Source: an uncultured Gammaproteobacteria bacterium (GTDB lineage Bacteria > Patescibacteriota > Microgenomatia > 2-02-FULL-39-11). From it: DNA of 64,000 nucleotides. Both the position numbers and the translations under genes were made by a program. The DNA is taken from the NCBI GenBank assembly GCA_964520615.1, contig CAZFNL010000137.1, positions 148,898-212,897 of the forward strand. Reading direction: 5' to 3'. The notes under the pieces were generated by a model. That model did not search any database. It saw nothing but the letters and a program-made list of their open reading frames with translations, and was not told the origin of the DNA. Shown one piece after another: positions 29,999-39,900 of the stretch (positions are counted from its first letter, which is position 1; each line of letters begins with the position of its first letter).

Positions 29999-31388
29999 TT
30001 ATATCTTTCAGCGACTTTTTCCCTTTTATAAATTTTGTATAGAAAAATGCTGCTGCCGGAGAGACAAGAATTGAATCTCCATTTTGCGATTGTAGGAAGC
30101 AATTTCTGAGTGCTGATTCTAAATTATTTTCAATTATCAAATAATCATCGTCTAAACCCTTATTTTTCAAAAAATCCGATAATTGGCTTGACAAAGCGAA
30201 TATTTTTTTAATATTTCCTTTCATTTTTTTAATCCTTTCAAAAAATGCCAGATAATCTATACCTTTTGTATTACCCCCAACAATTAGGAATATACCGTTA
30301 GAAATTCTCTCCAAGGCCGCCATAGTCGCCCAGGGTGTAGTACTTTTGATATCATCATAGATTCCTATACCAGACACTGTATCAATCAATTGAAGCCTCG
30401 CTGGTAATGATTGAGTTTTTCCTAATGACTTTAATATCTCCTTATTTGGAATATTCAATAAATTTGCTACAGTTGATGCAGCAAGTATATTCCCAAAATA
30501 TTGATCACTATTTATATTCTTTAGTATATGGAATGAATTTTGAATACTTATATTGTTCTTATCTTGAGATTTAACGCTGTAATATATGATTTGTGATTTA
30601 ATTTGAGCATCAATATTCCTCAATTCTAAATTGTCATAGTTTAATACGACATAATCACTTTCTGTTTGACGCGATAAAAGAGATAGTTTTAATTGCTTGT
30701 ATCTATCCCAACTCACTTCATCTTGATGATTGGGAAAAAGATTGGTGACTACCGCAATATGGGGACAACGACTTATTCCATCCTGAAGCTGACGGTGGGA
30801 AACTTCAAGCACAAGATAGTCATCTTTTGTCATACCGTCAAGCTTCTCGGCTATCTGAGTCATCCAGGTATCATTCCCTGCAAAATAGACACTTTTACCT
30901 GCTGACTGTAATATGTTAACTATTAAATTTACAACACTACCTTTCCCGACTGTTCCTGTCACGCCTATTATGATTGCCTGGGTCAACTCAAGATAGAGCC
31001 TGGTGAGAGAAAAGAAAGGAATTCTTTTTTTTATTGCCTGCCATAAAGGTGCGTTTTCTTTAGGATAAAGCCTCCAGGACTGGGGAACAAAAATAATATC
31101 GGCTTCCAATACATCTGATAAATAATCTTTTCCGAATCTGCCTTTAACAAGATTAAGATCAGACATGAATTGACTAAACATTCTCTTTCTTTCATCCTTT
31201 GAGACACCCTTATGCCAAAGTTTGTAACTTTTTTCCAATGTCTCAGAAGTTGAAAAATCGTGAACTGTAATATTTCGCACCTCATTCTTCTGAAGAAAAC
31301 GTAGTATTCCACTACCTTCAGAACCCGTAACACCAACAATATGTATTTTTTTACTGTGTAGAGAATCAATAAATTCCGTTACGGCCAT
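29952..31388 (-). CDS. MurD-like Mur ligase (divergent)
   Basis: IGVTGTVGK, AGN, VLEVS..QL, TNL.P.H.D, D.KSTT, ILVSPAAA. Confidence 0.75.
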   Translation of the reverse strand: MAVTEFIDSLHSKKIHIVGVTGSEGSGILRFLQKNEVRNITVHDFSTSETLEKSYKLWHKGVSKDERKRMFSQFMSDLNLVKGRFGKDYLSDVLEADIIFVPQSWRLYPKENAPLWQAIKKRIPFFSLTRLYLELTQAIIIGVTGTVGKGSVVNLIVNILQSAGKSVYFAGNDTWMTQIAEKLDGMTKDDYLVLEVSHRQLQDGISRCPHIAVVTNLFPNHQDEVSWDRYKQLKLSLLSRQTESDYVVLNYDNLELRNIDAQIKSQIIYYSVKSQDKNNISIQNSFHILKNINSDQYFGNILAASTVANLLNIPNKEILKSLGKTQSLPARLQLIDTVSGIGIYDDIKSTTPWATMAALERISNGIFLIVGGNTKGIDYLAFFERIKKMKGNIKKIFALSSQLSDFLKNKGLDDDYLIIENNLESALRNCFLQSQNGDSILVSPAAAFFYTKFIKGKKSLKDIIISLPPKGRAAEARG

Positions 31389-31390
31389 AC

Positions 31391-32119
31391 TTAGGAGAAA
31401 ATTCTTAAACGATAGATTCCGTCTTTTGACTCAGGATGGAAATATTTTCTTCCAAAGTTTTCACCTTTTCGAGTGATTTCTTGCCATTTTTGCTTTTCAA
31501 GAGATTTTGACCAATCCTTTATTTTTATTATCCCTTCATGAACACCATAAATTTCGGTCGATTTAGATGAATGGATATATTTTATTTCCGTGCTATTTTT
31601 TGCAAGTATGACAAGCATGTGCTTTCCTCTCATCATGCGTATGATATCACCCAATTTAACTTCTGAAATCTTTTCTACTGGAACGGCATATTCACTACTT
31701 GTAAACCTGATCACATTGGTTCTATCGATTCCCCCGGAAAATACTTCATCTAAAGAAAATCCCGGCATTGTCTCTTTTGCATAACCCATATCCGAAAGCT
31801 TATCCAATATTCTGTATGATAATCCTGAACAGTCAATACCTATTCTTTCTCTTTTAGCCAGCTTGTATAAACTGTTTTTATCATCCATATATGCTTGCAA
31901 ATCTTTAATATTCCTTAGAATCTCTTCTTTTATTTCACCTGCCGTTCCCTTTCCGTTGGCAAATCCCCTCAGTACCACCTTTCCTTCTCTTATCTTATTC
32001 ATCCAGTAAGGACATGCTATTTCTATTCCATTAATTTCCATCCTCAGATATTCGTCCAAAAAAGGCCTGATTAAACTATAATAGTCATTCATATTCTTAC
32101 CAGAAACTGAGTGAAGCAA
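31391..32119 (-). CDS. NlpC/P60-like cysteine peptidase
   Basis: GIDCSG, GD.I, H.LV, IHSS. Confidence 0.65.
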   Translation of the reverse strand: MLHSVSGKNMNDYYSLIRPFLDEYLRMEINGIEIACPYWMNKIREGKVVLRGFANGKGTAGEIKEEILRNIKDLQAYMDDKNSLYKLAKRERIGIDCSGLSYRILDKLSDMGYAKETMPGFSLDEVFSGGIDRTNVIRFTSSEYAVPVEKISEVKLGDIIRMMRGKHMLVILAKNSTEIKYIHSSKSTEIYGVHEGIIKIKDWSKSLEKQKWQEITRKGENFGRKYFHPESKDGIYRLRIFS

Positions 32120-32735
32120 AAGCTATTCCTGTCCCTAAAAGCGTCCCTCCCAATACATCTGATGTCCAGTGCTCAGCAAGATAAATCCTACTGATAAACA
32201 TCAGAATAATAAAAGAAAATATTAATAAAGCTATTATTTTCTTAGTTCTCTTACTCCACCCAGACGTAAAAACTATAAAAAAGGCGATAATAGCGATAAA
32301 GGAAGTTCGAGCCATATGCCCCGAAGGATAGGAAAAATTTGTATCAATTATCGAACCGCTTGGCAAGCTGAAACTCAAGGCGTATCTATGGAACACTTCA
32401 GGAGTGACGGGATGGTTTATATACATTTTGCCAAAAACCTCAAAGACGAAAATAAGAAAATAAAGAGCAAGTCCGATAAAAATATGATGCCTTTTGAATA
32501 GGAAATAAAAAAACAACAATATTAAAATTAAAATTGTCGCTTCCGTTGAACCTGCTAGCGAAAACAAAGAAAAGGGCATATCAAATAATCTACTCAAGTG
32601 ATTTTGAAGAATAAGAAGAAAATTGTAATCAAAAGCGCGGAAAATATCTCTGTTTACAAGTATGCTTAGAGAGAGAAAGCACAGTATAAGGATTAATGCC
32701 AATCTGATAAAAACCCATCTCAGCCTGTCAGTCAT
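32097..32735 (-). CDS. PAP2-family membrane phosphatase
   Basis: K.....P, SYPSGH, SRIYLAEHWTSDV.GG. Confidence 0.9.
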   Translation of the reverse strand: MTDRLRWVFIRLALILILCFLSLSILVNRDIFRAFDYNFLLILQNHLSRLFDMPFSLFSLAGSTEATILILILLFFYFLFKRHHIFIGLALYFLIFVFEVFGKMYINHPVTPEVFHRYALSFSLPSGSIIDTNFSYPSGHMARTSFIAIIAFFIVFTSGWSKRTKKIIALLIFSFIILMFISRIYLAEHWTSDVLGGTLLGTGIAFASLSFW

Positions 32736-32795
32736 AATTTAATCAAAATTACTATGTAGTACACCACGTTATTCTATTTTAAGTTATGGGGAAGT

Positions 32796-33365
32796 TTATT
32801 TCCAATTATAGTGACCATCTTTAATTTCCAATATGGTAAAAGCAGCGGTTTTTAGGTAATTATCCTTTTTATATTTCCAGGTGAAAGGAGTATGGTTGAT
32901 TTCTGCCTTTAATATTACAATCGGATCACCATGGGAAACCACAAGAATTTCTTGACCATTGTGTCTTTTTTCAATCATTTTCAAGAATTTTCTCATTCTT
33001 TCTGTGATTGACTCCACACTTTCCTGACCTTTAAGGTAATATTTGTTATCATATAGACTAGGCTGGATTTTTGCCTTATATTCCACAAGGGGCATCCCTT
33101 CAAAAATAAGTTTGACTTCGTTTAAGAAACTTGAGATCTTAACTTTAATTCCCAATTCTTCTGAAAGTATTTTTGCGGATTGTCTTGTTCTAAGCATTGA
33201 ACTGGCATAAATAAAACTAATCTTTTTCTTTTTCAGATTTTCAGCCTGAAGCCTAACGCTTTCTCTACCATACTCTGATAATCTAAAACCGGGCATCCGC
33301 CCGTATAAAATTCTTTTTGGGTTGCGGACTTCACCGTGCCTCATAAAATAAATTTTAGTTTTCAT
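32796..33365 (-). CDS. Histidine phosphatase family protein
   Basis: RHGE, S...R..Q.A, L.E, VSHGD; start moved to ATG 33365. Confidence 0.9.
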   Translation of the reverse strand: MKTKIYFMRHGEVRNPKRILYGRMPGFRLSEYGRESVRLQAENLKKKKISFIYASSMLRTRQSAKILSEELGIKVKISSFLNEVKLIFEGMPLVEYKAKIQPSLYDNKYYLKGQESVESITERMRKFLKMIEKRHNGQEILVVSHGDPIVILKAEINHTPFTWKYKKDNYLKTAAFTILEIKDGHYNWK

Positions 33366-33372
33366 ATAGAGT

Positions 33373-34572
33373 TCAATTTGCTCCGAATTTTTTATAAACT
33401 TCAACCACCTTTTGCGACTGCTTATCCCAGCAATAATTTAGGCTTTCCCCTACTGCATTTTTCCCCAATTCTAGACGATATTTTTTGTCGTGTAATAATT
33501 CCCAAAGCACCGACGAAAGTTCTTTCATATCGTTATTTCTGAAAAATCTTCCGCTTTCACCATCTCTGATGATATACTTCATACCTCCCGTCTTTGAAGC
33601 TATGACCGCGCATCCACATGCCATGGCTTCAAGTATCACAAGACCAAAAGACTCATATAAAGAAGGTAAAACAGTTATATCAGCAGCCGAATAATAATAG
33701 GGTAATTTAGAATGAGGTTTGCTACCTATGAAATGAATACAGCATTCCAGTTCCTTCTCTTTAATCAATTGTCTTATTTTTTTTACTTCGGTATTTTCCC
33801 AAAATTTACGATTTTCTATATCTCCTCCTATAAGAAGCACTCGGAATTTCTTTGAAAAAGATGAGTATAATCTAGTCAATTTTCCAATCGCCTCAATTAG
33901 AACACTTAAGCCCTTGATAGGATCGATTCTTCCCACAAACAATATAATTTTCTTTTTCAGGGGTAATTTTAATTTCAGTCTAGAAAATATTTTATTTCTG
34001 GGAAAAAAAAGGTGATGATTTACACCCGGCGGCACAATAAATATTTTATGATTATATGCACCATAAGTTTTTATCAGATCTACTTTTTCCAACTCTGTTG
34101 ATGCAATAATTCCGTCACTTTTTTCTACTACTTTCCGTTCGTTTTTTTTCCTAAAATTATTCTTTTGTCCGACATATACTTCTTTTGCAATTTCCAGACT
34201 GTGAAAGGTAGTTATAAAAGGAATTTTCAACTTGTTTTTGATCTGAATTGCTACTAAACCTGAAAAATAATAATGCGCATGTATAATGTCGTAATTTATG
34301 TCTTCCTTTTTAATAAATTTTTCGATTTTTAAGGCAAACTGCTTATAATTCCCCAACTTTCCCGAATCAAGATGAATAATTCTGATATTCTTATTTCCTG
34401 TAAGTATCTTTTCATCTTTTTGGGAATGTACTCTGGTATAGACATCAACGTTGTGACCCAATTTACCTAGGTTATTTACCAGGTTTATCACGTATATGTT
34501 CATTCCACCTGCAGTCAAGACACCTGTGGGAGTAAGAGGACAAGACCAATATGATATTATGCATATATTCAT
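33373..34572 (-). CDS. GT4 glycosyltransferase, MshA-like
   Basis: P....G...AGGMNIYV, VDVYTR, IHAHY..SG, VGRI.P.KG, ESFGLV.LEAMACG. Confidence 0.85.
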   Translation of the reverse strand: MNICIISYWSCPLTPTGVLTAGGMNIYVINLVNNLGKLGHNVDVYTRVHSQKDEKILTGNKNIRIIHLDSGKLGNYKQFALKIEKFIKKEDINYDIIHAHYYFSGLVAIQIKNKLKIPFITTFHSLEIAKEVYVGQKNNFRKKNERKVVEKSDGIIASTELEKVDLIKTYGAYNHKIFIVPPGVNHHLFFPRNKIFSRLKLKLPLKKKIILFVGRIDPIKGLSVLIEAIGKLTRLYSSFSKKFRVLLIGGDIENRKFWENTEVKKIRQLIKEKELECCIHFIGSKPHSKLPYYYSAADITVLPSLYESFGLVILEAMACGCAVIASKTGGMKYIIRDGESGRFFRNNDMKELSSVLWELLHDKKYRLELGKNAVGESLNYCWDKQSQKVVEVYKKFGAN

Positions 34573-34714
34573 AACTTACCAGTACTTTATACTCTTGGGT
34601 TTTGACTTTTCCTCAATGTTTGATCCAGAGGATAACATTTTGTAACTAACTACTAGTTGAAGTCAAAAATATAAACCATATAATATCAGAAAAGCGCTAA
34701 AATTTATATCAATC

Positions 34715-35419
34715 ATGAAAAAAACCTCGTTGGTAAGTATTATTTTACCCACATACAATGAATCAGGAAATATCGTTCCCCTGATTTCACAAATCATAAC
34801 ACAAATGAAATCAAATACTTTTGAGATATGGGTTGTTGACGACAACAGTCCTGATGGTACTGCAGAAAAGGTAAAGGAAAAATATAGAATGGATAAAAGA
34901 GTACATATTCTGGTCAAAAAAAACGAAAGGGGTTTAGCCCGCGCAATAAGAAGCGGCTTAGAAATAGCATCCGGCAAGTTGATTATCGTGATGGATACTG
35001 ATTTTAATCACAATCCTTCAGATATCCCATTATTTCTTGAAAATAAAGATAAATACGATTTAATCGTCGGTTCAAGATACATAAGCGGAGGCGGGATGGA
35101 TGATCGGTTGAGATATTTTCTCAGTTATCTTTATAACCGGGCAGTGAGAATTATTCTAAAATTGAATACTACAGATAATCTCAGTGGTTTTTTTCTTATA
35201 AATAAGCAAAAACTGTCTCTGTTGAATTATGATAAAATATTTTTCGGATACGGAGATTATTTCATCAGACTTCTTTACAATGCGCATCAATTCAAATTTA
35301 AGATCAAGGAAATTCCTTCATATTACAAGAATCGTCCAAGCGGATTAAGCAAGTCACAATTCATTCCCATGTTTATCGATTATTCCAAATCAGTCTTGAA
35401 AATTGCTTCCGGCAAATGA
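34715..35419 (+). CDS. Polyprenol monophosphomannose synthase-like GT2
   Basis: LPTYNE, VDDNSPDGT, MDTDFNH.P, GSRY. Confidence 0.9.
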   Translation: MKKTSLVSIILPTYNESGNIVPLISQIITQMKSNTFEIWVVDDNSPDGTAEKVKEKYRMDKRVHILVKKNERGLARAIRSGLEIASGKLIIVMDTDFNHNPSDIPLFLENKDKYDLIVGSRYISGGGMDDRLRYFLSYLYNRAVRIILKLNTTDNLSGFFLINKQKLSLLNYDKIFFGYGDYFIRLLYNAHQFKFKIKEIPSYYKNRPSGLSKSQFIPMFIDYSKSVLKIASGK

Positions 35420-36990
35420 CCAAAATAAAAATTAAATTCCCTTTTTACTTAGGGATAACCATCACTCTTTTATATCTTGCAGTTAATCTAATGGTAATAA
35501 ATCACTACGGCGTCACCTGGGATTATACTTACCATTTTAACGCCGGTTTGTGGCATCTGCATCTTCCGCAAACTGATCCCGGCTTTATCATGGGCCCCTC
35601 CCCTCCATTGTCTGATACTTTACCTGTTGTTTCGTACGAAATTTTCTCGCGGCTTTTTCATTTACTGCCTTGGGACAGTGCCTACAACTTGTACTCTGTG
35701 ATATTAGGATCCCTTGGTATCGGATTGCTGTATTTCATGGTTAAAAGGCTTCTGAACTGGCAAATAGCTCTTTTCTCCGCAATCAGTTTGGCTCTTCTTC
35801 CTCGCTATTTTGGTCATCTTCACAATAATATGAAAGACATCCCTCAAGCGGTATTTTTCACCCTTGCCATATTTAGCTTTTGGCTTTTCTATAAAAAAAC
35901 AAACTGGAAAACACTGCTTTTCTCAACTTTTACCGTAGCGCTATCGTTTAACAGCAAAGTCAATGCAATTTTTATCCCCATAATCGCATTTTCATTTCTT
36001 TTTTGCGTCTTTGTCAGAGATAGATACTATGGTAAATTCAGCCTTAAACCCAAAATAAAAATGGTAATTCTTTACTTTATTCTCTCGCCTGTTTTTTCCT
36101 TCATAGTCTGGGCTCCTTTCTGGCCTCATCCCGTTAGCCGACTGATTGAGGCAAGCCATTCTTATACCACTTCCACTATGAATATGCCCATTCTATACTT
36201 TAGTGATATCGTTTTCTCGGGGCAAAATGTCCCCTGGCATTATCCATTCGGTATCCTAGCTGTTACCACTCCGGTAGTGATGCTTATTTTTTCCCTGATT
36301 GGACTTCTCACTATACTTTCTTGGAATAAAATCCGGTTTGAAGAAAAAGTTTTTATACTACTGTGGTTTGTCATACCTGTCTCCCGATATTTCAAACCTC
36401 ATATGATTGTCATTGATGATATAAGACATTTTATGGAAGTCATTTTCCCTTTTGCAGCTCTCTCTGGATTGGGTGTCTACTCTTTTTTTTATTTTGTTAC
36501 AAATAAGCTTAAAAACAAAATAACTATAAAAAACAAGATGTCTATATTTATATGCCTATCATTGATCTACTTTGCTTATCTTTCCTATCAGATAATCACA
36601 TATCACCCATATGAAACGAGTTATTTTGGAGAATTAATAGGTGGAATACAAAAAGCTTCACATAAATTTGATATCGAATTTTGGGCCTCGGCATACAAAC
36701 ATGCCATGGGCTACATCAATAAAAACGCGCCTAAAAACGCGCGAATCATAATTCCGATGGCTCCTGATATCGCCAAGCTTTATCTCAGAGATGACCTAAC
36801 CGCAAAACTTAATACCGCCAATATGGCCGGTGCCCAAAGTTATTTATATTCACAAAGCGACTATACGGTCGTATTAAACCGTGAATCATTCTTCTCCTGG
36901 TATGGGATTTACCCGTATATTCAAACTCATAAACCAATTTACACCTTGTCTGTTCAAAATGTCCCTCTCGTCTCTATTTACAAAAACTGA
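35416..36990 (+). CDS. PMT/ArnT-like (GT-C) membrane glycosyltransferase
   Basis: YG.TWD loop, PR.FGH...N.KDIP, PWHY, RH; many TM. Confidence 0.75.
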   Translation: MTKIKIKFPFYLGITITLLYLAVNLMVINHYGVTWDYTYHFNAGLWHLHLPQTDPGFIMGPSPPLSDTLPVVSYEIFSRLFHLLPWDSAYNLYSVILGSLGIGLLYFMVKRLLNWQIALFSAISLALLPRYFGHLHNNMKDIPQAVFFTLAIFSFWLFYKKTNWKTLLFSTFTVALSFNSKVNAIFIPIIAFSFLFCVFVRDRYYGKFSLKPKIKMVILYFILSPVFSFIVWAPFWPHPVSRLIEASHSYTTSTMNMPILYFSDIVFSGQNVPWHYPFGILAVTTPVVMLIFSLIGLLTILSWNKIRFEEKVFILLWFVIPVSRYFKPHMIVIDDIRHFMEVIFPFAALSGLGVYSFFYFVTNKLKNKITIKNKMSIFICLSLIYFAYLSYQIITYHPYETSYFGELIGGIQKASHKFDIEFWASAYKHAMGYINKNAPKNARIIIPMAPDIAKLYLRDDLTAKLNTANMAGAQSYLYSQSDYTVVLNRESFFSWYGIYPYIQTHKPIYTLSVQNVPLVSIYKN

Positions 36991-37018
36991 TTTACCGATA
37001 AAATAATGGTATTTGAAA

Positions 37019-37798
37019 ATGCTCAAAAACCTATCCATAATAATCCCTGCCAGGAATGAAGAACATAACTTAGCCAAAATTATTCCTCTTATAGTCAAAA
37101 AATACCATCAGTACATACTCGAAATTATCATAGTAGACGATAACTCAACAGATGGTACATATTTAAGCGCGCGGGAGCTAAGGAAGCAATATAAAAAGAT
37201 AAAAATAGTCAGAAGAATACGAAATCCAGGAGTTGGTCTAGCAATAAAAGAGGGAATAAAAAATCTCTCTCCAAAATCGGAATATGTCCTTTTTATGGAT
37301 TGTGATTTTTTGACAAACGTTTCCGATATTGCCAAATTCATCAAAAAGATCGACGGCTTTGACGGTATTGCCGGTTCCAGATTTATTACCCGCGGCTCTC
37401 TCAAAAACTATCCATTCATAAAACTGCTTGCAAATCGCTCCTTCCACTTCCTATCCCACCTGATTATCGGTATTCCCCACTCTGATTTGACTAATAATTT
37501 CAAACTTTATAGAAAAAACCTTGTCGACAAGCTTTATCCAATTTTACGCAGCCCGAACTTTGCTATAAACGCTGAATTGGGATATTATCCTGTTATAGCA
37601 GGTGCCTCAATAGGACAAATTCCTGTAAGTTGGAAGGAAAGGACAGAACTTATGGGACTATCCAAATTCAAAATCTTTCGAGTAGGTCCCTCCTATTTTC
37701 TTGTTTTTCTAAGACTAATTGGTATGAAACTCCAACCGGCTATGATTAAAACAATCGCCGCACATCCTAAAAGTGATAGTTTACCCCCGAAAAAGTAA
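37019..37798 (+). CDS. GT2 glycosyltransferase
   Basis: IIPARNEE, VDDNSTDGT, MDCD, GSRF, D.TN.FK; start at ATG 37019. Confidence 0.9.
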   Translation: MLKNLSIIIPARNEEHNLAKIIPLIVKKYHQYILEIIIVDDNSTDGTYLSARELRKQYKKIKIVRRIRNPGVGLAIKEGIKNLSPKSEYVLFMDCDFLTNVSDIAKFIKKIDGFDGIAGSRFITRGSLKNYPFIKLLANRSFHFLSHLIIGIPHSDLTNNFKLYRKNLVDKLYPILRSPNFAINAELGYYPVIAGASIGQIPVSWKERTELMGLSKFKIFRVGPSYFLVFLRLIGMKLQPAMIKTIAAHPKSDSLPPKK

Positions 37799-39900
37799 AT
37801 ATCCGGCTGGTAATAAAATCTGACCGTATGTTTACCTGCTGGCAAATAAATTGCTCTGAAAGCAGTATTGATTAACAGAATCGGTACATTACTACCGTCA
37901 ATTGATGCCTTCCAACCGGGATAGTAGATTTCGCTTGTAGCAAGAATTCCGTTACACTTTGTCTCCGTGGTTAAAACTATTTTGCCTGGAGTATATACAT
38001 CATCATAGATATCAGCACTCGGATAGTTGCCGCAGTCATATACTGCCTTTTGCGGCAGTTTGCTTTGTTCATCTTTTGTTATATATACATTCCTGCGAAA
38101 ATCATCCGATTGGGCAGTAAGAAGTTTTTCTTTGACTGCCGCCGTATTTGTTAAAGCTACAAATCGTGATACAAGAAAAAAACGGGGTAAAACATTATTA
38201 TTCCTGTATATTACATATTTGTCTGAGGAAAGAAGTGTGGAAAATTTTACCGGGCGGCCGCTTTTTTGCCAGTTACGATCCGCTTCAGTCATAATAAATC
38301 CTATATTGAGGAAATCAAAAGCGGAAGAATACGGAGATAGAGGAGGAACTTCCACATTATAATACTCTTGGGACGAACTTCTGTTGCCATTGGCAATATC
38401 AATAAAATCGAAATAATTTCTCAAAATCATCGGGTCATAACCTGTAGTTGATTGTATTGTGTATTCTTCGGTCGAATTGAAATTTAATAATTTTTCCGGC
38501 GCACTTATCACTCCGAAGTCTGGCAGGAAACGTGTTATTTGAGTAGTGGATTTAAGTGTTTTTACCAGATTCTGATCATATTTAATCTCAGGAATATTAG
38601 TATTTATGAAAAATTGCCGGCTGAAGGGTAAAAGTTCTATAACAACCAATATCATAATCAACCAGCTAAACAGTTTATTTTTCACTGATGAAACTGCCAT
38701 ACCAAATATGAGCGGTAAGAGAAATGAAACCATGATAAGATGCTGGGTAGGAATACGAATATTTCTGTAAAAGGGAATTAGAGTATAAAATAAATGATGC
38801 AGGCTATACTTCAACTCCCCACCAGTAGACAACCATATAAAGATACATATCATAAAAAGGTAAAACCAAAAATCATGGTCAATATTGAGAATCTTTTTCC
38901 CAAACATATTCCCTGTAAATAATTTCAACAATTTTAAGATAATAAATACAATTGCTATCAGGAGCACTATCCGGCCGGGATAATAATCAAAAAAGTCCGG
39001 AAGAATAAATCCGGCAAAAGTGTAAGGAAATTTGGCCAACTCCGATACATTGTAAGGGTCTATGAACAACTTCAAAGCTGATGGAGGAAATGATCCCCAT
39101 GAAACCATAGAATAAGGCAATCCTCCACCTCTTATTGATAGATTGATAAACTGCAACGTAGGATACCACTGGATTGCCGTCAAGGCAGCTGCTACGGTAA
39201 ACGACAGGAAAACAAGTAAAAATTTACCTATTTTAATCCGGCGGTATAGCCATAAATCAATAACAAAAGTAAAAACCAAATATGCCGTTACCACCTCAAC
39301 AGTAAAAAGCACAATTGCGGTATACGATGCTAATATCTCCAAAGAGATACTTGCAACCAAAAAAAGGAAATTCTTCGTTGACGGATCTGAAAGCAGTTGA
39401 CGATCCGACCATAACACCCATGGAATCCAAACAGCTGTAGAGATAATATCCACATGCCCAGCGTAGACTCTTGCACCGATAAACCCGGATAGCATAAACG
39501 CGGCAGAAGCTGCAAGCGCGGATAATTCATCTGCTTTATACGAACGCAATAGCAAATACATTCCTAAACCGGCAATTAAAATATGAATGGCATAATTCAC
39601 TGAAAAGGCTATATTTAGAGGAAGGAGAACAAACAGCAAAGTCAGGGGATAAAATGCAGCTGTTGCAGGATGTGCCAGATATGGAGTCCCAGAAAAGTTA
39701 TAAGAATTCCAAAAAGGCACTGTTGCGCTTCGCAAGCTCTGAGCTAAATATCCTTTCCAGAAATAAAACTGGGTAAGTAGATCTCCACCGTATATCACTT
39801 TTCCTTCAGATGGAATTAAAGTTTGTCCGAATTGTAAAAGAATTAGCAGGAGAAGGAATAAAAGTGGTAAAAGTCTGAAAAGAAATGTGTTTTTCTTCAT
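37693..39900 (-). CDS. YfhO-family membrane protein (GT-C-like)
   Basis: D...QFY, PFWN.Y.FSG.P..A, FYP, C-terminal YYPGWKA.IDG...AFRAI.LPAG.H.V.F.Y.P. Confidence 0.85.
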   Translation of the reverse strand: MKKNTFLFRLLPLLFLLLLILLQFGQTLIPSEGKVIYGGDLLTQFYFWKGYLAQSLRSATVPFWNSYNFSGTPYLAHPATAAFYPLTLLFVLLPLNIAFSVNYAIHILIAGLGMYLLLRSYKADELSALAASAAFMLSGFIGARVYAGHVDIISTAVWIPWVLWSDRQLLSDPSTKNFLFLVASISLEILASYTAIVLFTVEVVTAYLVFTFVIDLWLYRRIKIGKFLLVFLSFTVAAALTAIQWYPTLQFINLSIRGGGLPYSMVSWGSFPPSALKLFIDPYNVSELAKFPYTFAGFILPDFFDYYPGRIVLLIAIVFIILKLLKLFTGNMFGKKILNIDHDFWFYLFMICIFIWLSTGGELKYSLHHLFYTLIPFYRNIRIPTQHLIMVSFLLPLIFGMAVSSVKNKLFSWLIMILVVIELLPFSRQFFINTNIPEIKYDQNLVKTLKSTTQITRFLPDFGVISAPEKLLNFNSTEEYTIQSTTGYDPMILRNYFDFIDIANGNRSSSQEYYNVEVPPLSPYSSAFDFLNIGFIMTEADRNWQKSGRPVKFSTLLSSDKYVIYRNNNVLPRFFLVSRFVALTNTAAVKEKLLTAQSDDFRRNVYITKDEQSKLPQKAVYDCGNYPSADIYDDVYTPGKIVLTTETKCNGILATSEIYYPGWKASIDGSNVPILLINTAFRAIYLPAGKHTVRFYYQPDIYFFGGKLSLLGCAAIVLIIAGWSFIPISLRKTRK

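Noticed and set aside
29890-30102. 70-aa minus-strand ORF from the track
   Set aside because: It is the antisense shadow of the LysW-like gene and overlaps the murD-like 3' end.
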